A DNA stretch of 64,000 nt, from contig CAWGZX010000005.1 of assembly GCA_963827135.1 (NCBI GenBank), positions 456,176-520,175 of the forward strand, given 5' to 3'. Shown one piece after another: positions 45,901 through 53,100 of the stretch. This stretch comes from Methanomassiliicoccaceae archaeon. GTDB lineage: Archaea; Thermoplasmatota; Thermoplasmata; Methanomassiliicoccales; UBA472. The translations under genes were made by a program, and so were the position numbers. Positions within the stretch are counted from its first letter, which is position 1. Each line of letters opens with the position of its first letter. The notes beneath the pieces are model-generated. The model saw only the letters and a program-made list of their open reading frames with translations, did no database searches and was not told where the DNA came from.

Positions 45901-45978
45901 CGCGACATAGAGCAATGCTCTCTTTCCAAGAACGCGACCTATCGGTAGAGCGCGTTCATTAACGTTTGCCGTATCCAT
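36919..45978 (-). CDS. giant (~3,019 aa) cell-surface protein: N-terminal signal anchor, hundreds of right-handed parallel beta-helix (PbH1/NosD-like) turns, central NIDO-like insert, three carboxypeptidase-regulatory-like domains, C-terminal TM anchor
   Basis: Uninterrupted 9-kb ORF. The start is set at the ATG at 45978 (MDTANV...), preceded by GAGGTG. The track start (TTG at 46005) is less likely. Repeating ~22-25-aa units such as NGNVNLDVTNARIENCFAGIGVSAPNGAITARI and IENEISDCGGWGIYIEG. C-terminal LTIALIGALLLGIVLIIIARKD. Confidence 0.8.
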   Translation of the reverse strand: MDTANVNERALPIGRVLGKRALLYVALLVFAFALVLLLNTSNASATTTVNADIAVNTQWTTADDYVIDGDISVQSGVWLKIDPGVYVNFTDGSSLTVDGYLWANGTSASNGAIRFSSSTGAVPGSWDGIYLNGPAGSSLRFFSISYATNAVTVTDTTAAVSGTIQFVSGSAVTIVRNTGNLNVAAAGFVINDAANGLVLVTNGGNIVATVTDCVMANVDGNAIRATSSENASISVVGGLYTSPTAGMSTAVLAQAYWNASVSISGGAAIYYAQSCAAAVSSNANAVVSVNGVTLGNIIDLGTTYAAGALTTAPGGLAQVTLTNMKVQNATIGVFALAPFGGANIAVSDVTFENMTQYGIYAEAFGTVTVALSNVIMSQVDGYGVYVISYEGGATITMTDVSIIGDFASIGQGSVYCSVNTTASVTATNFQAANLFLGLSVLTANGNVNLDVTNARIENCFAGIGVSAPNGAITARIDPTWINHTVFGVAVSASGNIALTLVDVFINDTVYGVDAESALGNVNFAWTNGTITSSLSGASGIYLDATEGAVTASVSNVLVDLRNDGIWWANNGDVDMDGLYVYSNHSASVTLTDFSVNYGFFGVSVFSNNGNIVFDATRLTISQPAIGVLLVAPNGGLTITVSDYSNYNDEDSIVTLLNYLDNGALKGYSNGNISAAISDVDINAFSGIVLVSDNGGIDLSLSGYARINTVGGLPFWNSFYGIYLSAPNGPVNAEMGTVNMELYWNYDSAIRVFANNSVDVSIQDLTVTDAMNAVVVESLIGDVNVVINGASIANNVANGIMVYAYEGSLTAELTDVLINHTANNGIVMQAMGDLDLTMTGVVVNDTSNVGVLLLSSMGNVALDLTDLQITNGGGNGMDVLAAMGTIDATIDPSWFFNNDVGLFLDAAGAVMLNVTDTTFEGNVRGVEIHSQAGGIEVNMVNVQFLNNVEIGLFAEADQDDVVVNGTMCYLSDNYWGIFLRTFVGDVYATVDNTTIEFGWYGLLVESANDAFVTLVDDQLLGQSFAGVYITAAHDANVIYLRDNFNGSTADDGQIFLPSEVDSVYQMIDPDEYTFDSWLTVDLDWGFEFNGVVYDQVTMSKYGYIAFGEEDVNATYYSFGSGVPNMIAAFQNENWVTDEYPGIGYKKFNGSIVFHWYVWQTDSPQLKNVFQIWLFEDGNAEIRYAMLESKYAPSAPIDNAYGVNFAGWYMNWDLRLWSMSASYNDWRSVHFTMERMSRGFASYVHAEGNVTASVTHSSVTHYMTGGMLFECVDGMLTVEISDTTFDFIGGSMFGDWAAISLIVRNGPMNVEVTDLSFYFIMGLAIMLSDSPGAGGQSSMAITNCVFEQVVACGVMKTVIIDPALVGSYALNATKVVSGNEGNQAGMFSMETTVITVGATWDLMIENTFQDNNITGSVNPWLEAMYGPIAPPIVIDISQFVTTMQYISNADGASSVQYDVNVIDNVLTEAPFNGYGAVAIEAETVYAASGSIETAFNLQVVGNTISDSETYFDNGVVATVEQTLTGTDAGSSADLAVNANFENNVLDFGWASAAFGFALTAYQPVAQGLGTGTMEFVANVAGNTIWGANTGVYIWTDASVYNSWGAAVTDVAVTIQGNDIVSYNDGVIVIIDSSAMFEHYFPPYEVEVNADSDIAYMVDVSGNDINTYYNGVTVYVSNLAQEDYYGVFTSAVATSSGSIDVYNNYLSRWSWSYSGWLMDLEAWTQSSTGQAMSSLDASISVVNNEMWANGGNGVYMGGGAEAWTLERRWDDTASAVATMDMLFQGNQVWYASYALLIEEWSEATWGETMTDVETTVDILDNVVMEAYNEGLYTDLYADVSTQWGSPIASMNAAVVVNNNTVSGDGWDGYCWAIDVELYDDSLETWGADVSGSVLITNNMVSGAEGGIYTYGWPVDDVSVTIMDNTVDSCYYGIEVDYMAFVIQDNLVTNTAYEAISVYSGSGIIVDNVLTGMPGMEAWGIDVYDWEDDLSYPAYNVWIQGNSITGFGGDGIWADDTIGMTIIENEISDCGGWGIYIEGDEYMSDFISGNLVIVDNIITNVAGGVFVGSYFDVTVSENTIDGVSDAYGVWVDNCVDFEIMNNVVSNAYGGIAITSSADGLVENNVLSAMAVEEDGDGEEEEPSSNGYWYGVGIYIDYSENIVVTDATVTGFQWGVGVIYSSNISLIMVDVSMSANDGGHFDYNEGLLIQDCAFSMNGGNGLSIYESSGTVENVVVNGNFLEGIWIQYSDITLINGVFNNNGEYGVLLESAVDWIVNGESAVVNNPVIFNGDLTVQEGGTLLLMMLMDFEITGDDSDGLATITVEAGGRMVAVDVDFWFSFYDVGQPMGYYYEFNVLGSLDFMNVMVTDALELYLGPTSSVQIFASQIVYNLRNGVVVDGCSPVIMSSTIAMNNRNGLYVINGASPDISDCWIAANARGMYLRDGDMGLITDNVFALNSEAGILVEDTTGAIRDNVFLLNNKEIFVKGGVISIEDNQIGYCTLVDVIIQFAPLLGMIEMGESAYIPLLDLWVGPEMLSDLLLGHIGVTAIDGAVVSTSGNDFGMLTTGVMVVNSELTFNDNILSRVVIVPYMSSDGILHNMSLPIPVFDGIVAINSDVTVNGGTIKVLDDAIFLNNCVAQISNATLIAGDFALIAIGGSDVTVTDTNFVGKVMAEDATMITVAFTLIVVVKDPWGNTLADVPVTVRNAQDETVKGVTNANGIFATRAVSFVLTPAGKDTSMNPYKVNASFGGVDTSGYPGHEAEFSPADPDPTTVSVDGPTSVVIQTNVIVKFYLSTTAADPQGHVVPGAIVVLKSANGLYTYSGTTGDDGVFKALVKSYIQTPEGKDASAEPYSAVVTFPASVEDYGGRVEFTPRVVTSSVAVNEDMIEIVKTGIKVWYDLEVTAKDKFNRTAADVYLVITDAQGVIAGADQTGEDGVAVFEVVGWAQSVDGTMDLGMNPYKVTASFPENPTNAEASVDMSGGNVDMWIQEVVTEFNWTLTLTIALIGALLLGIVLIIIARKD
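42400..42860 (-). other. NIDO-like / non-beta-helix globular insert within the giant protein (tentative)
   Basis: FNGSTADDGQIF...LDWGFEFNGVVYDQVTMSKYGYIAFGEE...IVFHWYVWQ...FQIWLFEDGNAEIRYAML breaks the beta-helix periodicity. It resembles the F-x-F-x-G...NG.i.F pattern of nidogen-like domains (recalled from memory). Confidence 0.35.
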
Positions 45979-46288
45979 ATCTCGCCACCTCAGGAAGAGG
46001 TACAAGGAATTCCTCCCGAACCAAAGTGTTTAAATGGTAAGGGTATTATGGAATTGCCTATTACTTAAACCTTCTTCCAGACAAGGAAAAAATCTCTCTT
46101 TTTAACCATTTTTTGAAAAACTGTCTGGCTAGTGGTTGAAATTCGCAAAACGATTTTTAGGGTTAATGGGGGCGCCGCAATTCCTCGGAGGACTTATTAT
46201 CAATGCGTAAAGAGGCGCATACGAAGCGTCGTACAACCGTGAGGGATTCGGAGAAAGGTTAAGTGAAAAGACCGAAATATCGCCTTTC

Positions 46289-46945
46289 GTGCACAAGACG
46301 ACGACCATCGAGATGGAGGCCGACGTGCTCGCCGAGAACCGCAAGTTAGCGGCTGAGAACCTCCGGAGACTCAGGAGCAAGGGCGTGAGATCGGTGGATG
46401 TGATGGGATCTATCGGGTCGGGCAAGACCGCCCTCATAGTCAGGCTCGCCTCCGAGCTGATGGCTAAGGGTAAGAAGGTGGCGGCGATAGCTGGGGATGT
46501 CACCGGAGAGGACGATTACGGGATCTTTAAAAAAGCGGGCATACCAGCCATCAACCTGAACACCGGCAAGGAGTGCCATCTGGACGCTCATCTGGTCGAT
46601 CACGCTCTGGACGACCTCAGGCTGGAGGACTACGACGTCCTGTTCATCGAGAACGTGGGCAATCTCGTGTGTCCAGCGGACTTCCCCTTGGGAACGGACC
46701 ACAGGTTGGTGGTGATCTCGCCTACGGAAGGGGATGACATGATCAACAAACACCCCATGATCTTCCTTGAGGCTGAGATGGCGGTCCTCAACAAGATCGA
46801 CCTCCTGCCGCATCTGGACGTGGACGTGGACCGGCTGAAGGCCGACTACGCCAAGATCAGGAAGGGCGGAATCCTGCATATGACCAGCACCAGGACTGGC
46901 GCGGGTCTGCCGGAGCTCCTGAAGGCCTTGCACCTTACGGAATGA
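46289..46945 (+). CDS. hypB: hydrogenase nickel-incorporation GTPase HypB
   Basis: P-loop GSIGSGKTALI, ENVGNLVCPA, NKIDL. GTG start at 46289, with an alternative ATG at 46313. Confidence 0.9.
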   Translation: MHKTTTIEMEADVLAENRKLAAENLRRLRSKGVRSVDVMGSIGSGKTALIVRLASELMAKGKKVAAIAGDVTGEDDYGIFKKAGIPAINLNTGKECHLDAHLVDHALDDLRLEDYDVLFIENVGNLVCPADFPLGTDHRLVVISPTEGDDMINKHPMIFLEAEMAVLNKIDLLPHLDVDVDRLKADYAKIRKGGILHMTSTRTGAGLPELLKALHLTE

Positions 46946-47009
46946 GTCCTATGGTGCCGTTAGAATCAATTGGCGATCTATGTAATGATGACCAGGGAAG
47001 GCGCAGAAC

Positions 47010-48332
47010 ATGAAGGTACTGGCTGTAGGTGGAGGAGGCAGGGAGCACGCCATAGTGAAGGCCTTGGCCCGAGGCGGGGCCGATATCTATACGGTCATGA
47101 AGAACAGGAACCCTGGCATCGCTCATGCCAGTAAGGAATTCCTACTGGCCAAGGAGACCGATGTTGAGAAGGTCGTGCAATATGCGCTCTCGAAGAGAGT
47201 CGAGCTCGCGGTCATCGGCCCTGAGTCGCCATTGGAGGTGGGTTTGGTCGATGCGTTGGTAAAGAACGGGATCCGTTGCGCCGGGCCGACCAGGTCCGCG
47301 GCGAGGATCGAGACCTCGAAGAGCTTCGCCAGAGGCCTCCTGTCCAAGTACAGGGTCCCAGGCAATATCCGGTTCGCATCGTTCACCGACCTCGGCGAGG
47401 CGGAGAGCCACCTAAGGTCGATAGACTATGAGGTGGCGGTGAAACCTACTGGCCTGACAGGGGGCAAGGGAGTCAAGATCCAAGGGGAGCACATGATAGG
47501 CAGAGAGGAGGTGCTCGCCTACGTCAGGGAGATATTCAAGAAGGGGATCGGCGGAGCGGGCGTTGTCCTCGAGGAGCGGCTCGAGGGCGAGGAATTCACC
47601 CTACAGTCCTTCTGCGACGGGAAGAACGTGGTACCGATGCCTTTGGTCCAGGACCATAAGAGAGCCTTCGAAGGGGACAAGGGGCCGAACACCGGAGGCA
47701 TGGGCTCGTACTCCTCCGAGGACCACCTCCTTCCATTCATCACATCGTCCGAGATGGAGGAGGCGGTGGACTCCATGAGGAAGACCGTCCACGCCCTGGC
47801 CAGCGAGGGTTCGCCCTACCATGGCGTCCTCTATGGCCAGTTCATGCTCACCAAGGACGGCCCCCGCATCATCGAGTTCAACGCCAGATTCGGGGACCCG
47901 GAGGCCATGAACGTGCTCCCTCTACTCGAGTCCGATTTCGTCGAGGTCTGCGCCGGCATCGCCGCAGGCGACATCTCGAGGAAAAGCTGCGAGTTCAAGA
48001 GGGCGGCCACCGTCTGCAAGTACGTCGTACCAGAAGGCTACGGTTTCGAACCCATGGCCAGCGTCCCGATCAAGGTGGACGAGGAAGGGGTGGAGAGGGC
48101 GGGGGCCGAGCTGTTCTACGCCGCGGTCAACGAGGAAGAGGGCCAGATCCTCACCTCGACCTCTCGGTCCGTGGCCGTCGTTGGAATCGACGTCAACATT
48201 GACGCCGCCGAGCGTCAGTGCGAGAGGGCGTTGCGCTTCGTCTCGGGCGAGCACATCTACGTCCGCCACGACATCGGGAAGCACGAGATCATCCAGAGGA
48301 AGGTCGAGCGCATGCGCTCCCTTAGGAAATAG
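47010..48332 (+). CDS. purD: phosphoribosylamine--glycine ligase
   Basis: MKVLAVGGGGREHAIVKAL, an ATP-grasp body, EFNARFGDPE. Confidence 0.9.
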   Translation: MKVLAVGGGGREHAIVKALARGGADIYTVMKNRNPGIAHASKEFLLAKETDVEKVVQYALSKRVELAVIGPESPLEVGLVDALVKNGIRCAGPTRSAARIETSKSFARGLLSKYRVPGNIRFASFTDLGEAESHLRSIDYEVAVKPTGLTGGKGVKIQGEHMIGREEVLAYVREIFKKGIGGAGVVLEERLEGEEFTLQSFCDGKNVVPMPLVQDHKRAFEGDKGPNTGGMGSYSSEDHLLPFITSSEMEEAVDSMRKTVHALASEGSPYHGVLYGQFMLTKDGPRIIEFNARFGDPEAMNVLPLLESDFVEVCAGIAAGDISRKSCEFKRAATVCKYVVPEGYGFEPMASVPIKVDEEGVERAGAELFYAAVNEEEGQILTSTSRSVAVVGIDVNIDAAERQCERALRFVSGEHIYVRHDIGKHEIIQRKVERMRSLRK

Positions 48333-48362
48333 TATTTATCCCCTAGGGCGCTTCGCTTCCGC

Positions 48363-48980
48363 ATGAATAGCCTGGACGTCATCGCTCGCCACATCCAGGA
48401 GCGACTGGATGAGAAGGATACGGTCAGGGAGATAGCCATCAAGTCCTCGAGGGCTATCATCAGGATCTCCGGTAGCGTCATCCACTCCATCCATAAAGGA
48501 GAGGATGTGACCGAGATGATGTCCGAGGCCCTGGACGAGGCGCAGCGCCTGCGCAGCCTCCTGCTCGAGCATCCCGAGCTCTTGAACTCCGGCCTGGTCG
48601 AGGATGCCATGCAGGAGCTGTCCGAGGCTGCGATATTGCTTTCCATCTACAGGAAGGAGGAGATCCCGTCCCCCGAGGACCTGGACGTCCCTTACACCGC
48701 CTATCTGCTCGGCCTGGCCGATTGCATCGGGGAGCTGCGCAGGTTCTCCCTTGAGGCCTTGAGGGCGGAGGATACGCAGAAGGCCACCGAGTACCTAGAG
48801 ATGATGGAGGACTTCTTCCAGGTCATCATGAGGTTCGATTACCCGGACGCGCTGGTCTCGATCCGACGGAAGCAGGACATCGCCCGCTCTCTTCTGGAGA
48901 AGACCAGGGGCGAGGTCGCGGTGGCGGTGAGCTCGAAGCGGCTGGGAGACCGCATCCGCGCCCTGGACGAGAAGCTTTGA
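48363..48980 (+). CDS. translin-family protein (archaeal, COG2178-like)
   Basis: 205 aa, all-helical. YLLGLADCIGELRRFSLEAL resembles the translin family core (recalled from memory). Confidence 0.6.
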   Translation: MNSLDVIARHIQERLDEKDTVREIAIKSSRAIIRISGSVIHSIHKGEDVTEMMSEALDEAQRLRSLLLEHPELLNSGLVEDAMQELSEAAILLSIYRKEEIPSPEDLDVPYTAYLLGLADCIGELRRFSLEALRAEDTQKATEYLEMMEDFFQVIMRFDYPDALVSIRRKQDIARSLLEKTRGEVAVAVSSKRLGDRIRALDEKL

Positions 48981-48989
48981 GCGCTATCG

Positions 48990-49313
48990 TCAAAAGACCT
49001 TTCTCAACGCGGCCTCGGCCTCTTCCTTCGACACCAGTCCCACGATGCTCTCGACCACCTCGCCGTCCTTGATAAGGAGGAGGGTGGGGATGGCCAATAC
49101 CTTGAACCGTCGGACCAGCTCAGGGTTCTTGTCGCAGTCCATCTTCCCGAAGGCTGCCTTCGTAGAGTTGTCCTCTGCCACCTTTTCGAAGATCGGCGCC
49201 ATCTGCCTGCATGGCCCGCACCAGTTGGCCCAGCAATCGATTACCAGTTTGGGATTCTCCTTGGCCATGGCCTCATAGCTATCCATGGTGACCTCGAGGA
49301 TTTGCTTGGACAT
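48990..49313 (-). CDS. trxA: thioredoxin
   Basis: Trimmed to MSKQILEVT... WCGPC active site, 107 aa. Confidence 0.85.
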   Translation of the reverse strand: MSKQILEVTMDSYEAMAKENPKLVIDCWANWCGPCRQMAPIFEKVAEDNSTKAAFGKMDCDKNPELVRRFKVLAIPTLLLIKDGEVVESIVGLVSKEEAEAALRKVF

Positions 49314-49408
49314 TCTATCGACAGCCCATCGCCCTGGCGGATTAACTAATTTGCCTTGGGGCGCTGCGCTATGATTGAAAAGAATAAGAAATGCTTGGAA
49401 GGCGTTTC

Positions 49409-50170
49409 TCACTTCTTCCGGCGCTTGGCCATCGGCCGCCTGTAGACGATGTAGGCGACGAACGCCAACAACACTATGCCACCGATGAGGATTGCGTCCG
49501 TGTTGCCGTAGTCGCTCATCCCCACGTAGATGGTCTGGGTGTACACGGTGCCCCCCGATGCGAAGCGCACGAACTGGCCGTTGGGGTCCAGCTCCACAGT
49601 GATCTCGTGCTCCCCTTGGCCGACGCTCTCCGTCCAGTTGTAGTAGACGAAGGTCGAGGCACCCGCCGCCAACGAGACGCTCGTCTCTTCCAGCAGCTCC
49701 CCGTCCGCGTAGAAGTAGACAGGGATGTCGGTGAGCGCGACCGTACCTTGGTTGATGACCTTGGCCGAGATGACGATGGGTGCGACCGATTCCACATAGT
49801 AGTTCAGGGACGAGGTCTGCTTGCTACCGGTCGAGGAGGTGGATGTCACGTCCACGATGATGGTCATATCCGTGGTCACGGTCGGTGCGGTGAGGTTGAA
49901 CTCGAAGATGCCTGTGGCGGACGTGCCTTCGCTGGGATATAGCCAAGCATCGTCGATGTCCTTGCCCTCCAGGGTCACGGTGAAGGTGTAGTTGCCCCCC
50001 GTTCCCTCCGCCGGGCCTCCGATGGCCATTATCTCGTAAGGGTTGGTCTCGCCGGTCGCTACCGTGGACTTGCCATCCACACTGATGTAGATGGGGTTGG
50101 TCGCATCCGCTGCCTGGGACGACAGCACCGCTCCCCCCAGCAATAGGAGGAGGAACATCAAGACGCTCAA
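49409..50170 (-). CDS. secreted, C-terminally membrane-anchored CARDB-like protein
   Basis: Hydrophobic N-terminus (SVLMFLLLLLGGAVLSSQA). The CARDB-like segment is VINQGTVALTDIPVYFYADGELLEETSVSLAAGASTFVYYNW...HEITVELDPNGQ. C-terminal TM plus RRPMAKRRKK. The TTG start overlaps the aglB stop (TTGA, 50167-50170). An alternative ATG lies at 50158. Confidence 0.5.
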   Translation of the reverse strand: MSVLMFLLLLLGGAVLSSQAADATNPIYISVDGKSTVATGETNPYEIMAIGGPAEGTGGNYTFTVTLEGKDIDDAWLYPSEGTSATGIFEFNLTAPTVTTDMTIIVDVTSTSSTGSKQTSSLNYYVESVAPIVISAKVINQGTVALTDIPVYFYADGELLEETSVSLAAGASTFVYYNWTESVGQGEHEITVELDPNGQFVRFASGGTVYTQTIYVGMSDYGNTDAILIGGIVLLAFVAYIVYRRPMAKRRKK

Positions 50171-53100
50171 CGCTTTTTGCGTTTTAGCACCCCCCTCTGT
50201 ATTATCAGGAGAATGAGCACGGTCGACACCGCGAACAGCAGACCAAGCAGGACCAAGGTGAAGATCGGAATCTCAGGATACTGAGTCGCCACCCCGTTGC
50301 CCGTGACCGACAGGCCGCCCGGTATGCTGAACGCAGGCAGCGAAGGCTCGAACTGCAGGACCGCATAGGTCCCGGCCGATCCCTTGGAGGCCGCGCTAAG
50401 GACCGCCGTGATGTCGCCGTCGGGGTTCTCCCGTATGGGAGTGAGGCGTAGCTCGAAGCTGGTCTTGCTGCCCGATGCCACCGAGGTGGAGAAGCTATCG
50501 GACCACGTGCCACCAGAGAGGCGGACATCGGCCTCCCAGCCCCAGGTGGCGAGCTCTTCGGCGTTGCTAATGGAGACGTTGTAGGTATCGTCGATGTTGC
50601 CTGTGTTGCTCAAGGACATCGTGTAGGTGTATTCGTCCCCTGAGGTGACTTGAGTGATGCCACCGGCGATGCTCACCGAGTAGCTCGGGACTATGCCAAC
50701 GTCCATGACCACGGTGTCCGACTTGGTGCTAAAGGACGAAAGCGCCTTTACGGTGATGCTCGTGTGGACGACCTTCGCGCTGGTCGGGGTCTTGATCGTG
50801 ACGGTCACCAGCTGCGAGTTGGAGGTGCCGAAGTCGACCGAGACCGGGTTCTGCGAGAAGCTCACCGTCCAACCGGATGGCGCGCCTTGGTAGCTCAAAG
50901 TGTAGGTGTCCGCGGCGTTGCCCTTGTTCACGATCCTAAGGTTGTAGGATACGTTCTGGCCTGCCTCGACCGTCCTCTTCTCCGAGCTGTCCCATTGCAG
51001 GTCCACGCCATAGTCCGAGACCTTGGCGAGGTTGATTACGCTGCCCTGGCTCTCCTGGAGGTTCAACTGGAACTCGGTGGCATATTCGACCTTGACGCCG
51101 AGCTCCGTCCCCGTCGCCTCCCCTTTCACTTGGTAGACGTCGGGCGGCAGATAGACCTCGAAGCTCCCGTCCGATGAGCTGGTGAGGGCCTTGTAGTTCT
51201 GGCTGGAGAACTCCAGGACCGCCGGCCCTGGTACGCCTGCCAGCTGCGTGATGCCGAAGTACCTCACGCCCGGGACCAGATCGAAGTTCAGGTTCGTCGA
51301 AGTGTAAGGCGCGACCCCGACCTTGCCCATGTATACCGCTGGGCCGCTGATCTCCCTGATGTAGATGGAGTAGTTGCCCGGGGCCAGGTCCAAGGAAAAG
51401 CCGGAGGCGGAGGCCGTGGTGTTGGTCCAGATCGCCGTGGTCGAGGCGGGCACGAATTCGATGCTCGCAGCCACGTTCTGGCCCGAGACCTTTACCATGC
51501 CCGAGAGGGTGCTGTTGTCGAGGTCCTTCTGCACCGGCACGGTGATGGCCATGGTGGAGGTGAGGTTGAAGCCGAGCGATCCCTGGTATCTGACGTACCT
51601 GTCCTTGGTGTTGATTACCTCGGTCGTCCGATAGTCCACTGAGGCGACGTATTTTCCCGAGGGTAGATAGGTGGAGAAGGAACCAGCGACGTTCGTGGTC
51701 AGCTTGAGGTCCCCTCCATTCTCGCTGGTGACTATAACGGGCGCCGTTCCGATGATGGCCTTGCCATCCACCTTCACCGACCCTTGCAGGAAGTAGGCTG
51801 CCGCGTTGACCAAGGTCAGGGAGTTCGCTCCGTTGACGATGGTCTCGTTGCTCAAAGACGCGTACCGAGCACCGAGCCTTTCGATGATCACGTAGAAGCT
51901 GTAGTCGCCCTCCTGGAGATAGGTAGTGAGGTTGCCCGTGGCCCTGAGCTCCTTGGAGTCCGGGCCAGAGATGGTTATCTTGGCCTGTGCGCTCCTGGAT
52001 GGGGAGATCGTCACCGTGACCAGATAGCGCTTCACCAGCTCTATGTCGAGCGAGGACGGGTCGGCGCCCACGCTGACCGTCAGGGACGCCTCGTACTGAT
52101 ACTTGGAGACGTTGTTGCCGGCCACCACGTCCTGGTCTACAAGGACGTTATAGGTACCGGGCTTGAGATCGACCGCCACCGATCCTCCGGCGGCGCTCGT
52201 CACTGACAGCGTCTGCGCGGGACCGCTCACGGCGCTGAAGGTCACGTTCATTCCGGGCATCGACGCCCCGTTGAAGGTCACGACGCCGGTCACGGTGCGG
52301 TTGACCGCCACCAACTTGATGTTGTTGGTGTTGGAGCCGGACAGCTGGGCGTAAGCCTTCGAATAGGGGATGTAACCATCCTGGTCGAGGCTGAGCAGGT
52401 AATTGCTGCCCGAGACCAGCTGGAACTCGTACTTGCCGCTGATGTCCGTTTCCTTGACGATGGTCCTGGAGTCCGCATCTGACATCTGTACGAGCACGCC
52501 GGACATCGCCTCGCCTGAATCCATCGCCGAGTTACCGTTCGCGTCGTACCAGACGTATCCTGATACCTTGGCGGAGCTGGTCAGCTCGAGGGTCAGAGGC
52601 CCAGAGCTGGTGACCATGACATCGTTCCAATAAGCCCATCCCGACTCTCCGTTGTAGACGAAATAGACATCGTTGGGTATCAGCAGCCGGAATTGCCCGG
52701 TGCTGTTGGTGATGACGCTGATCGCCGCTCCGGTCGTCTTGGACTCGAAGCGCAGGGTCAGCCCGTTGGGGTACGGCATCCCTGTCACCTTGCCTTGGAC
52801 GTAGGAAGCGGGCACGAGCATGGGGTCGTAGCTGGACCCTGAGCCCTGCGGAAGTACGCCTAGGAAGGCGAAGTCCACGCCGTTCAGGCTCGCCATGATG
52901 TGGACGTTGTATTGCCCGACCGGTAAGGTGGCCGAGTAGCGGCCTGTGTTGTCCGCTCGGACGACATAGGTGGCGTCCTCGTCGAAGAAGGAAATCGTGG
53001 CGTTGGAGGCGACTATCCCCGTGGACAGCCAAACCTGGCCAGAGACGCCCATAGAGTCCTTGACGGTTATGGACTCGCTCACGGTCTCCCCATCGGTCAG

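Noticed and set aside
46006-46288. A 283-bp AT-rich intergenic region between the giant gene and hypB, considered as a possible ncRNA or small-ORF locus.
   Set aside because: I found no C/D-box pair (RUGAUGA...CUGA), no tRNA-like fold, and only a 19-codon ORF. It is most simply explained as two divergent promoters.
15821-46945. hypE (15821-16867) and hypB (46289-46945) considered as a hydrogenase-maturation cluster, or as functionally linked to the giant surface gene.
   Set aside because: They are isolated single genes 30 kb apart with unrelated neighbours. Adjacency of hypB to the giant gene is divergent and probably incidental.
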